A DNA stretch of 64,000 bases, taken from positions 34,117 through 98,116 of the forward strand of contig CAXNKU010000005.1 of the NCBI GenBank assembly GCA_964203045.1, written 5' to 3'. Positions within the stretch are counted from its first letter, which is position 1. Each line of letters opens with the position of its first letter. Below, one piece after another: positions 21,171 through 29,752 of the stretch. The DNA is from Gaiellales bacterium (lineage in GTDB: Bacteria; Actinomycetota; Thermoleophilia; Gaiellales; F1-60-MAGs149). The notes under the pieces are model-generated. The model was not told the origin of the DNA. It did no database searches and worked only from the letters and a program-made list of their open reading frames with translations. Made by a program: the position numbers and the translations under genes.

Positions 21171-22502
21171 ATGGCCCGCACCACCGACGAGTTGATCGCC
21201 GAGCTGTCCGAATTCCTTCGCATTCCCTCGATCTCTTCAGGCGATGGCACGGTTGAGGACCTCGCCGCCGCCGCCCAGTGGGTCTGCGACCGCATCGTCG
21301 CGGCGGGCGGCACCGCTGAGGTACTCCCAACCCAGGTCAACCCACTCGTCGTTGGCCACCTGCCCTCGTCGACCGGCGATGGACCACAGGTCTTGCTCTA
21401 TGGCCATTACGACGTGCAGACGGTTGCGCCGTTGGCAGACTGGACGACACCCCCGTTCGAGCCAACGATCCGCGATGGCGCGATCTATGCCCGTGGTGCG
21501 AGCGACGACAAGGGCAACTTTCATTCCCTGCTCGCGGGCGCAGCGGGACTGGCAGAGGAAGGCGCCCTGCCGGTCAACCTGACGATCGTGCTCGATGGTG
21601 AGGAAGAGATCGGCGGCCATTCGGTGATCGACTGGATCGAGCAGCAGCCAGCCGGCCAGTACGACGCAGCGCTCGTCTTTGACGCGGGCTTCGTCGAGCC
21701 AGGCCACCTCGCGATCGAAGCCGGTGTCCGTGGCGTCATCACCGCCACGATCAGCGTCCGCACGGGAGATCGCGATGCCCATTCCGGCCTCTATGGCGGC
21801 GCGGCACTCAATGCGGCGCACGTGCTCAGTCGCCTGATCGCCGACCTCTCGGCTGGTCCAGACGGGCACCTGCACGAATCGCTGATGGTCGGCGTTGCTC
21901 CTGCCTCACCGATTGAGGAGGAGGCCTGGACAACCCTGCCCGATCCTGCGGGCGAACTCGCGATTGCTGGCATCAATGCGGCCAATCCAGAGGCCCTAGC
22001 CGACTACTACCGGCGCACCACGGCGATGCCGACGTTCGACGTCAATGCCATCACCTGTCGCGATGCCGGCCAGAACCGCACGATCGTGCCGAGCGAGGCA
22101 ACGGCCGCAATCTCGTTCCGTCTCGTCGGCGGCCAAGATTGCAAGCAGTTCTGGCAGGCAGCCCAAGACCTGCTGCGCGAGCGCGCACCTGCGGGCGCGA
22201 CACTCGAGTTCGCCGTTCGCGGCATGGCTGATGGTGCGACCTTCGATCCCGAGTTGCCGGCCATCCGTCTGGCCCGTGAGGCCTTCGAGCAGGCAACGGG
22301 TATGCCCTGCGCGATCGTCCGCTCCGGCGGCGCGATCCCGCTCGTCTCGGCACTCGCCAAACAGGGTGTGCCGACCATCCTCAGCGGCTGCGCGCTGCCA
22401 AACGACCGTATCCACGCCCCCGACGAGCACCTCCGAATCGACCAGTACGAGCTCGGCGTCAAGATGGCGCGCGCGGTCCTGACGGCGTTCGGCAGCCTCT
22501 AA
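21171..22502 (+). CDS. M20 family metallopeptidase (dipeptidase-like)
   Basis: Internal ATG (MARTTDELIAELSEFLRIPSIS) of ORF 21081..22502. YGHYDVQ, ARGASDDKG and LDGEEEIGG motifs. Confidence 0.85.
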   Translation: MARTTDELIAELSEFLRIPSISSGDGTVEDLAAAAQWVCDRIVAAGGTAEVLPTQVNPLVVGHLPSSTGDGPQVLLYGHYDVQTVAPLADWTTPPFEPTIRDGAIYARGASDDKGNFHSLLAGAAGLAEEGALPVNLTIVLDGEEEIGGHSVIDWIEQQPAGQYDAALVFDAGFVEPGHLAIEAGVRGVITATISVRTGDRDAHSGLYGGAALNAAHVLSRLIADLSAGPDGHLHESLMVGVAPASPIEEEAWTTLPDPAGELAIAGINAANPEALADYYRRTTAMPTFDVNAITCRDAGQNRTIVPSEATAAISFRLVGGQDCKQFWQAAQDLLRERAPAGATLEFAVRGMADGATFDPELPAIRLAREAFEQATGMPCAIVRSGGAIPLVSALAKQGVPTILSGCALPNDRIHAPDEHLRIDQYELGVKMARAVLTAFGSL

Positions 22503-22526
22503 GCGCCATCAGGGTCCGCTCGCGTT

Positions 22527-22638
22527 CCAGGGAGGACACCACAACCGCGCGGATGTGATGTCCTCCCTGGAACACGCATGCAAAGCCCCACACCAAATGC
22601 AGGGAGGACATCACATCCGCGCGGTTGTGGTGTCCTCC
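22527..22638. repeat. family A hairpin doublet in inverted orientation (REPIN-like)
   Basis: 22527-22570 ccagggaggacaccacaaccgcgcggatgtgatgtcctccctgg (17-bp stem). 22600-22638 is its reverse complement over 39 nt. Lies between convergent M20 and nitrilase-family genes. Same core as 12580-12803. Confidence 0.9.
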
Positions 22639-22661
22639 TAGAAATCCCTTACGCCCTTGAA

Positions 22662-23483
22662 CTACTCCGCGAAGCGGTAGGCGTCGGGGCGGCGGGCGCT
22701 GAAGATCGGGATCAGCCGACGCACTTCGGCGACGCGCTGGCGGTCGATGGCGGCGACGCAGATCGCTTCGCCATCGCCCGCATTGGCGAGCACGACGCCC
22801 CACGGATCGATGATCATCGAGCGTGCGTAGCGCGCACTGCCAGCCCAGAAGCCATGCTGGTTCGCGGCAATCACGTAGGCGGCGTTCTCAATCGCTCGCG
22901 CGCGCAAGAGGATCTCCCAATGGTCACGCCCGGTCGCCATCGTAAAGCCCGCCGGAACCATGAAGGCCTCGGCACCAGCGAGCGCGAGCTCGCGGTACTG
23001 CTCAGGGAATCGTAGGTCGTAACAGATCGTCAGCCCGACCGGCCAGCCAGCGATCTCACTCAAGACGAGTTGGTCGCCAGGCTTGTTCGCCGCCGACTCA
23101 CGCGCCTCCGCACCCTCCACATCGATATCGAACATGTGGATCTTGCGGTACGTCGAGACGCGATTGCCTTGCGGATCGAAGACGAGCGTCGTGTTGCTGG
23201 CACGGACTCCTGGCTCGGTGTCCTCGCCGATCGAGCCGCCGTGCAGCCAGATGCCGTGCTGCCTCGCCCACGCGGCCATCGCCTGTGCGGACTCGCCCTC
23301 AAGCGCCTCGGCCGCGGCCACCATCACATCATCGGAGCCAGTGCCGTTCCAGCGCTCCGGCAACGAAATTACTTCGGCACCGCGTGCTACCGCCTTCGCA
23401 ACTAGGCGTTCGGCAACAGCGATGTTGTCGGCGAGTGGTCGATCCGCATGCATCTGCACGCAGGCGACAATGGTTTCGCTCAC
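22662..23483 (-). CDS. carbon-nitrogen hydrolase (nitrilase superfamily)
   Basis: 273 aa. E-K-C triad context: ..VISLPERW.., ..YRKIHMFD.., ..LTICYDLRFPE... Confidence 0.88.
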   Translation of the reverse strand: MSETIVACVQMHADRPLADNIAVAERLVAKAVARGAEVISLPERWNGTGSDDVMVAAAEALEGESAQAMAAWARQHGIWLHGGSIGEDTEPGVRASNTTLVFDPQGNRVSTYRKIHMFDIDVEGAEARESAANKPGDQLVLSEIAGWPVGLTICYDLRFPEQYRELALAGAEAFMVPAGFTMATGRDHWEILLRARAIENAAYVIAANQHGFWAGSARYARSMIIDPWGVVLANAGDGEAICVAAIDRQRVAEVRRLIPIFSARRPDAYRFAE

Positions 23484-24403
23484 GCACTCGCTCCGGTGAG
23501 CGCGCCACCGAGCTCTCCGAGATCGAGGCCACCGAGGCCACCACCCAGCAGATCGCCGAGGTCAATACCGCCAACTCCACCACCGAGCAACGCTCCCAAG
23601 AGGTCGCTAATCGGCTTGGCATCAGCTGGCGCCGTCACCTCAACCGCATCGGCCGGGACGACCGTCAGATCGACCAGCAGGCCACCGGCCGCGGCAGTAT
23701 CGCCCGAACCAACCGTGTTGATTTGAATGCGACGAATCACGCGATCTTCTTGCCCAACCCAGACGCTCACCTCGGCCTTGCCTGCCGCGAGAGCCGACAG
23801 GTCGAGCGGGAGATTTTCTAGTAGCGTGCCGAGTGCATCAGTGGCCGAGGCCTCCGGATCGATCGTGCCGCTAATGCGATCGCACGCGACGCCGTCAACG
23901 TCTTCCACTGCGGTCGCCTTGGGATCCCTAATCAACGCGGGTAGCTCGCCGAGCAGACCACCAACGGAACCAAAATCGATCCCGAGCGGCGAGCCGAGCT
24001 CGTACCACTGGCCGTTGATCTGCACCCAAGCGTTGTCCTTGTTGGCACGGGCCGTCAATGGCAGCTCGATTGGCCCAGCGGTGATCTTTGCATCTACCGT
24101 CACGCCCGTCGCGGCGTCGCCCTGCGTCGTTGACTCGATCGTGATCGGTCCGCCGAGGAGGCCCCCGAGTTGACCGAGCGGACCATCGTCCTGCGTTGTC
24201 GTCGTACCTCCGTTATCGGCTGCATCTGCCGTCGGCGTGAAGGTCGCCGTGAGTGTCGAGGCATTCGGACCAGCCGGTGGCAGCTTGGCCTCCTGCAAGA
24301 CTTTGCCCGGATCGGAGGCGAGCGAGCTGCCACCGCAGGCGGCAAGCGCTGTCGCAATAGCAATCAAGGCGAGGAACGAAGCGATTCGAGGTAGACGCTG
24401 CAT
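23480..24403 (-). CDS. putative lipoprotein, function unknown
   Basis: Internal ATG (MQRLPRIASFLALIAIATALAACGGS, lipobox) of ORF 23480..24442. Gly/Leu-rich C-terminal tail GGLGGLDLGELGG. LolA/LprG-like fold is only a guess. Confidence 0.7.
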   Translation of the reverse strand: MQRLPRIASFLALIAIATALAACGGSSLASDPGKVLQEAKLPPAGPNASTLTATFTPTADAADNGGTTTTQDDGPLGQLGGLLGGPITIESTTQGDAATGVTVDAKITAGPIELPLTARANKDNAWVQINGQWYELGSPLGIDFGSVGGLLGELPALIRDPKATAVEDVDGVACDRISGTIDPEASATDALGTLLENLPLDLSALAAGKAEVSVWVGQEDRVIRRIQINTVGSGDTAAAGGLLVDLTVVPADAVEVTAPADAKPISDLLGALLGGGVGGIDLGDLLGGGLGGLDLGELGGALTGASA

Positions 24404-24442
24404 GTCCTCATTGTGACCGACGTCGGACAACACCGCGCGCAA

Positions 24443-24573
24443 TAGCTACCGACGGCTTACATTTCAAACAGTCAAATAGCGGACATGATCTTACGTAATA
24501 GTCCTGTTCTTGTTGTATTTGACAGTACTTTTTGTATGCCTCGAGGGCTTGTGAGATATGACAATCTTTTCCT
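24443..24573. promoter_or_regulatory. AT-rich divergent intergenic region (probable promoter region)
   Basis: About 130 bp, clearly AT-rich relative to the flanks (..catttcaaacagtcaaatagcggacatgatcttacgtaatagtcctgttcttgttgtatttgacagtactttttgtatgcc..). Contains a TTGACA hexamer. No confident -10/-35 pair assigned. Confidence 0.35.
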
Positions 24574-24978
24574 ATGTCTGAATTCCGCTCTGAAGGCGCC
24601 CCTCAATCGGCCCGTGGCTCGATTGGCCCAGAAACCTACGCGCAGGTACGGCGTCTGATCGACCGCGGCATGAACAAGACCGAGGCGTTCGCCCAGGTTG
24701 CCCGTGAGACCGGGCGCTCCGCGGCCACCGTCACCACCACCTACTACCGGATCGCCAAGCGGCAGCCAGGTGGCGGCGGCGTACGACAATCCGCTCGCAG
24801 CACGACCCACGCAGCCAAGAAAGTGGGTGGAGCACAGGCCGAGCGACTGGCGCACGATGCGCGTGCCGCCATCGATGCACTGCACAAGCACGTCGCGGCG
24901 CTTGAGGCTCAACTCGAAGAGTTGACCGCAAAGTCGCGGGAACTTGATCGCCTCAAGAAGGCAATCGGCAAGATCTAA
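24574..24978 (+). CDS. hypothetical small protein (HTH-like N-terminus, C-terminal coiled coil)
   Basis: 134 aa. ..ETYAQVRRLIDRGMNKTEAFAQVARETGRSAATVTTTYYRIAK.. then ..ALHKHVAALEAQLEELTAKSRELDRLKKAI. Confidence 0.6.
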   Translation: MSEFRSEGAPQSARGSIGPETYAQVRRLIDRGMNKTEAFAQVARETGRSAATVTTTYYRIAKRQPGGGGVRQSARSTTHAAKKVGGAQAERLAHDARAAIDALHKHVAALEAQLEELTAKSRELDRLKKAIGKI

Positions 24979-25000
24979 TTGTGCTTCCTAGCGGTACGAG

Positions 25001-25903
25001 TTAGCCGCGCTCGAGCTCTTCAAGCAGTTTGCGATAGCTGGCTAAGCGCGCCGGCTCGACCGTGCTCTCGACCGCACAACCGGCCTCACCGACGTGGCGG
25101 CAGTCGCTAAAGCGACACTTGGTCGCGCTGTCGGCGATGTCTCCAAAGGCATCGGCCAGGTCGTGTGGCGTAATCCCCGCCAGCGAGAAACTCCGAATGC
25201 CCGGCAGGTCGATCAGCCCTCCCCCACCCGGTAAGTCAAGCCACGTCGCAGTCGTCGTCGTGTGTCGACCACGACCCGACAGCTCGTGGATCGCACCAAT
25301 CGTCAGCGTGCCGCCCGTCAATGCATTGACCAACGTCGACTTGCCGACACCCGAATGTCCGATCACCGCTGCCGTGCGTCCAGCAATCAGCTCGCGCACC
25401 GCATCGGCACCCGCGTCGGTGCGCACGTCGATCAGGACGCCTGGCACACCAATCGCCGCATAGTCCGCAAGCACAGCCTCGGGCGACTCGTCAGCACGGT
25501 CCGAGAGATCCTCTTTAGTGATTGCCAGCAGCGGCTCCATCCCCCCACGCCACGCTGCGACCAAGATACGGTCGATCAGGCCACGCCGCAGTGGCGGGTC
25601 GGTGACCGAAGCGACGATCAGCACGCACTCCGCATTGGCCGCGAGCACCTGCTCCTTCATCGCCCGCTCGCCTTCGGAACGCATCCGTTGTTGGCGTCGT
25701 AACTCGGTGGTGCGCGGTTCGATCACATCGATGCGTGCGCCCTCCTCGTCCTCCATGAAGAGCCGCACCCGATCGCCGGCGACGGGTCGCTCATCGAGAC
25801 GACCTGCGAACTTGGCGATGCGCTCCACGCCCAGTTCGGTACGCACGGCCGCAAGTCCACCACCAACTGCGAGGACGATCCCGGGGACATCGTGGGTGCT
25901 CAT
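25001..25903 (-). CDS. rsgA: ribosome small-subunit-dependent GTPase A
   Basis: 300 aa. Circularly permuted GTPase (..ITKEDL.. before GHSGVGKSTLVNAL) and a C-terminal zinc knuckle CRFSDCRHVGEAGC. Confidence 0.9.
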   Translation of the reverse strand: MSTHDVPGIVLAVGGGLAAVRTELGVERIAKFAGRLDERPVAGDRVRLFMEDEEGARIDVIEPRTTELRRQQRMRSEGERAMKEQVLAANAECVLIVASVTDPPLRRGLIDRILVAAWRGGMEPLLAITKEDLSDRADESPEAVLADYAAIGVPGVLIDVRTDAGADAVRELIAGRTAAVIGHSGVGKSTLVNALTGGTLTIGAIHELSGRGRHTTTTATWLDLPGGGGLIDLPGIRSFSLAGITPHDLADAFGDIADSATKCRFSDCRHVGEAGCAVESTVEPARLASYRKLLEELERG

Positions 25904-25917
25904 GCGATCATCATCGT

Positions 25918-26313
25918 ATGCCGTGGCTCCTCCTTGATGTCGCGTGGATCTGTCTTTTCGCGATTTTGGGACGCGAAAACCACGCCAACGCTCTCACACC
26001 ATTGACCGTCTTCGCCGTCGCCTGGCCGTTCTTAGTCGGCTACGTCATCAGCGCAATTGTCGTCAATCTCCCTCGGTCACCCCGCGGCATTCGACGCGGC
26101 GCAATCGTCTGGATCGGCATGGTCATAATCGCCATGGCAATCCGCACGGTCGAGCTCGGCCGGCTGCCGGAGCAGGCCTTCGTGATTGTTGCGCTCGTGT
26201 TTCTCGGCGCCGGGATGCTCGGAATTCGCCTGCTCGCAATGTTTGTCGTCTGGCGACGGCGCCGCAAGCGCAACGCGCGGATCGCGGCTCTGACCGAGCC
26301 CGAGGAGCTCTAG
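25918..26313 (+). CDS. DUF3054-like integral membrane protein
   Basis: 131 aa, four predicted TM segments. N-terminal ..AWICLFAILGRENH.. resembles the DUF3054 signature. Confidence 0.6.
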   Translation: MPWLLLDVAWICLFAILGRENHANALTPLTVFAVAWPFLVGYVISAIVVNLPRSPRGIRRGAIVWIGMVIIAMAIRTVELGRLPEQAFVIVALVFLGAGMLGIRLLAMFVVWRRRRKRNARIAALTEPEEL

Positions 26314-27250
26314 GGCTTCAGCAGCAGCTTGCCACCAACGCTGTTCTCGCGAATACGCGAGATGGCGATGTTGGCATCGTCGAGCGAAAGCTCGTCGGCG
26401 ATCACAACCTCGAGCGTCCCGGCTGCGACCAGAGCGAACAACGCCTCTTGACTGCGGGCCGTCGCCGCGGGCGCTACGGGCAGTCCGCTGTAGCCGATCA
26501 CCCGAGCGTTCTTGCGGTACATCTCCTGAGGAGCAAACGAGAACTCGGAGCCGGCGCTGGCGCCGTAGAGCACGAGTCGTCCACCTGCTGCCAACAGACG
26601 CACGCACGGCGCCGCAAATGCTCCAGCGAGCGGATCGACGATCACGTCGACGCCCTCGGGTGCGAGGAGCCGCACTTCCTCTTCAAGCGTCGCAGCGTCG
26701 GCAACGACGACCTCGTGCGCATAACGCGAGATCTGGCCAACGCGCTCGGAAGAGCCGGTCTGTGCGATCACCCGCGCTCCACGCGTCTTCGCCAATTGCA
26801 TGGCGATCGTCGAGACCCCGCCCGATGCGCCGAGTTCACCAACACGGTGGTGCCCGCACCGACCTCTGTCAGGTCGAGACAATCAAGCGCCGTCACGCCC
26901 GGAATGCCAAGCGCAGCAGCCTCCTGATCGGAACAGCCTTCAGGAATCGCCGCCAGCGCCACATCGGGCACGGCAACCTGCTCGGCCCACGCGCCGTCGC
27001 GCACGATGCCCAGACCGGCGCCGCGAAACGCCACGCGCTGACCATCGCCGGTCGTGCCAACGCCTTCACAGCCTGGCGTTCGTGGGAGCGGTCCAGCCGC
27101 ACCAACGCTGCCAAGCGAGATCCAGACGTCGAGTGGATTGACCGCGCCATAGGTGATCGAGATCAGCGATTCGCCAGCCGCGACTACCGGCGTCGCGACC
27201 TCCTCGACAACGAGCGGTGCGTCGTAGGCATGTTGACGGACGGCGCGCAT
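26310..27250 (-). pseudogene. zinc-type alcohol dehydrogenase / quinone oxidoreductase (MDR family), frameshifted as sequenced
   Basis: Two overlapping ORFs in different frames. 26768..27250 gives the N-terminal GroES-like half, up to ..GAGTTVLV. 26310..26882 gives the Rossmann half, ..GASGGVSTIAMQLAKTRGARV.. One missing base near 26828-26833 (tcggcg versus expected tcgggcg) would join them. Confidence 0.8.
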
Positions 27251-27253
27251 CGT

Positions 27254-28726
27254 CTAGACCGTTCCCACTGCGCCGATCAAGACGTACTTGACGTCGAGAT
27301 ATTCATCGATTCCGACCGAGCCACCCTCGCGACCGTAGCCCGACTCCTTGACACCACCAAACGGCGCGTTAGCCGCCGAGATGATGCCCGCGTTGGCGCC
27401 AACGATGCCGTACTCGAGACGCTCGGCGACACGCAAGAGTCGCGCATAGTCCTTGGTGTGGAAGTACGAGGCGAGGCCGTACTCGGAAGAGTTCGCGAGC
27501 TCGATCACTTCGTCTTCGGTATCAAACGCCGTCAGGCCGGCCACGGGACCAAAGGTCTCCTCGTAGTGGATCAGCATGTCGGGTGTGACGCCGTCGATGA
27601 TGGTCGGCTCATAGAACGCACCGTTGGCGTACTCGCCCTCCGTCAGGCGGTGGCCGCCGTAGGCCAGATTGGCACCCTTGGCGAGTGCGTCCTGGACGTG
27701 CTCGTCGGCCTTCTCAACTGCGGCCTCGTTGATCATCGGGCCGATCACCGTGCCCTCGGTCAGACCATGACCAACAGGCATCTCGCTGACACGCTTGACG
27801 AGCCGGGCGAGGAAGTCGTCATAGACGCTTCGCTGCACGTAGGCGCGGTTGGCGCAGACGCAGGTCTGGCCGGCATTGCGGTATTTGGAGGCGATCAGAC
27901 CCTCGATTGCCTCGTCGAGATCGGCGTCCTCGAAGATGATGTACGGCGCATGGCCGCCCAGCTCGAGGCTGAGGCGCTTGACCTGGTGTGCGGAGGCACG
28001 GATCAGGTCTTTGCCGATCTCCGTGGAGCCGGTAAACGAGATCTTCTTGACGCGGGCGTCGGTAAAGATCGTGTTGGCAACCATGGCGGCGTCGCGCGAC
28101 GTGACGAGGTTAACCACGCCGGCAGGTGCACCAGCATCCTCGATGCAACGGAGCACGAGCGCAGCCGTCAGCGGTGTGGCACTGGCGGGCTTGACGATAC
28201 TGGTGCAGCCGGCAGCCATCGCGGGGCCGAGCTTGCGCGTCATCATGGCGGCCGGGAAGTTCCACGGCGTGATCGCTGCGACGACGCCAACAGGCTGGCG
28301 CAGCACGAGCACACGGTTGTTCGTGTTCATCGGCGAGACGACCTGGCCGTAGACGCGCTCGGCTTCGCCGGCGAACCACTCAAAGAAGGAGGCGGCGTAC
28401 TCGACCTCGCCCTTCGCCTCGGCAAGCGGTTTGCCCTGCTCGGAGGTCATGCATGTCGCGATGTCGAGCGCACGCTCGCGCATCAAATCGGCGGCCTTGC
28501 GGAGAATGCGCGCACGCTGCAGTGCTGGCGTCGAGCGCCAGCCTGGCAGTGCCGCAGCAGCGGCGTCGATCGCAGCCTTGACATCGCCCTCGGTCGCATT
28601 CGGCACGGAGCCGACCGTCGCACCGCTGCCCGGGTCGGTCACGTCAAAGCGTGCGCCACCGGTCGCATCGGTCCACGTTCCACCGATCAAAAGTTGTTCA
28701 TCGAGCTTGGGCATCGTCGTCGCCAT
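27254..28726 (-). CDS. gabD: NAD(P)-dependent aldehyde dehydrogenase, succinate-semialdehyde dehydrogenase-like
   Basis: 490 aa. ..ITPWNFP.., ..FTGSTEIG.., ..LELGGHAP.., ..NAGQTCVCANR.. ALDH catalytic motifs. Substrate assignment is by resemblance only. Confidence 0.8.
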   Translation of the reverse strand: MATTMPKLDEQLLIGGTWTDATGGARFDVTDPGSGATVGSVPNATEGDVKAAIDAAAAALPGWRSTPALQRARILRKAADLMRERALDIATCMTSEQGKPLAEAKGEVEYAASFFEWFAGEAERVYGQVVSPMNTNNRVLVLRQPVGVVAAITPWNFPAAMMTRKLGPAMAAGCTSIVKPASATPLTAALVLRCIEDAGAPAGVVNLVTSRDAAMVANTIFTDARVKKISFTGSTEIGKDLIRASAHQVKRLSLELGGHAPYIIFEDADLDEAIEGLIASKYRNAGQTCVCANRAYVQRSVYDDFLARLVKRVSEMPVGHGLTEGTVIGPMINEAAVEKADEHVQDALAKGANLAYGGHRLTEGEYANGAFYEPTIIDGVTPDMLIHYEETFGPVAGLTAFDTEDEVIELANSSEYGLASYFHTKDYARLLRVAERLEYGIVGANAGIISAANAPFGGVKESGYGREGGSVGIDEYLDVKYVLIGAVGTV

Positions 28727-28732
28727 GGCTGG

Positions 28733-29554
28733 TCAAGCCTCCTTGTCTATGGGCATCCTAGGGCGTTTGCGGCGTTCGCTTGCCGCTTGTGCCCACGCGC
28801 GCACCGCACGGTGTTCGACACAGCCTGCGGCGATCAATCCAACTGCCACAGGAACCGTGGCGGGGAGCAGGTCGAGCACGTTAAAGAGCAGCCCGAGCGA
28901 AAGGCCCGCGATCGCCGTGGCGACCGTGGCCACAACCGTCGCGCGCACGCGTACCGCCACGATCGCCCCAACGAGTGCAGCAAGGTAGGCGTCGCCCCAG
29001 CCCATCGAGGCCCCGAGCATCTCGAACTGCTGCAACGCCGGCAGTCCGCGCGCTGGCACCGCCGTCGCTAGCGCCGTGGCGACCGGCTGAACTTGGACCG
29101 TCAACACCTGCCAAATGTCGACCGCCGTCGCGACGAGGACACCAACGACCAAGGCTGCACGCGGCGCAATCCACCCTGTCAGTCGTCCCAGCGAGACGGC
29201 CGCGAGCACAATCAACAGGTCGCCTGCCAGCTGCGTCCAGCCCGTCGTTGGCAGACGCCAGACGATCAGCCACAGGATCGGCGAGACGATCGCGAGAGGG
29301 AGTGCGGCGCGGCGCACATGCCAGGCGGCCAACAGCGCAAGCGGCGGGACCGCGAAGGCAGCGAGCGTCGTGACAAACCCAACCGCACTCGGCACAGCAC
29401 CCAGAAAGATCACGCCCCCACCAATCGCAACCAGCGGCAAGAGGCCCAGCAGTGAGTGCCGCGGAATGCGTGGCAGGAGCGCAGGGTCGCGGACCAGCGG
29501 GATGATCGAGGCCTGCAAAAGCACGATCACGAGGTAGGGCCAGCCGTAGGGCAC
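28733..29554 (-). CDS. polytopic membrane protein with GxGD motif (possible A24/A22-type intramembrane aspartyl peptidase)
   Basis: 273 aa, about 8 TM segments. ..TAVDIWQV.. (first Asp), ..SMGWGDAYLAALVG.. (GxGD, compare GGGDVKLLAALG of prepilin peptidases) and ..LLPATVP.. (PAL-like). Confidence 0.45.
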   Translation of the reverse strand: MPYGWPYLVIVLLQASIIPLVRDPALLPRIPRHSLLGLLPLVAIGGGVIFLGAVPSAVGFVTTLAAFAVPPLALLAAWHVRRAALPLAIVSPILWLIVWRLPTTGWTQLAGDLLIVLAAVSLGRLTGWIAPRAALVVGVLVATAVDIWQVLTVQVQPVATALATAVPARGLPALQQFEMLGASMGWGDAYLAALVGAIVAVRVRATVVATVATAIAGLSLGLLFNVLDLLPATVPVAVGLIAAGCVEHRAVRAWAQAASERRKRPRMPIDKEA

Positions 29555-29604
29555 CGCCTAAGACTACGGGCGGGACGGCTCGGGAGGCCGCCCTTGTCTG
29601 CTCA

Positions 29605-29678
29605 TCGGGGTACGCAGATTCGAACTGCGGACCTCTCCGTCCCGAACGGAGCGCGCTACCAGGCTGCGCCATACCCCG
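29605..29678 (-). tRNA. tRNA-Pro (anticodon CGG)
   Basis: 74 nt: CGGGGTA TG GCGC AGCCTGGTA GCGC G CTCCG TTCGGGA CGGAG AGGTC CGCAG TTCGAAT CTGCG TACCCCG A. The cloverleaf folds completely. CCA is not encoded. Coordinates anchored on track ORF 29456..29689. Confidence 0.93.
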
Positions 29679-29752
29679 AGCGGGCATGAGTATGCCAGAA
29701 ATTCGACCTCCGCCCCGTCGCCCGGCGCGGGCAACCCGCACTTCGCGTTACC

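Noticed and set aside
22527-22570. Family A hairpins as canonical intrinsic terminators for the convergent genes.
   Set aside because: The stems are long and GC-rich, but neither side is followed by a U-tract (the flanks are aacacgcatg and gaaatccctt). They may still pause or stabilise transcripts, but they do not meet the intrinsic-terminator pattern that the rpoC hairpin does.
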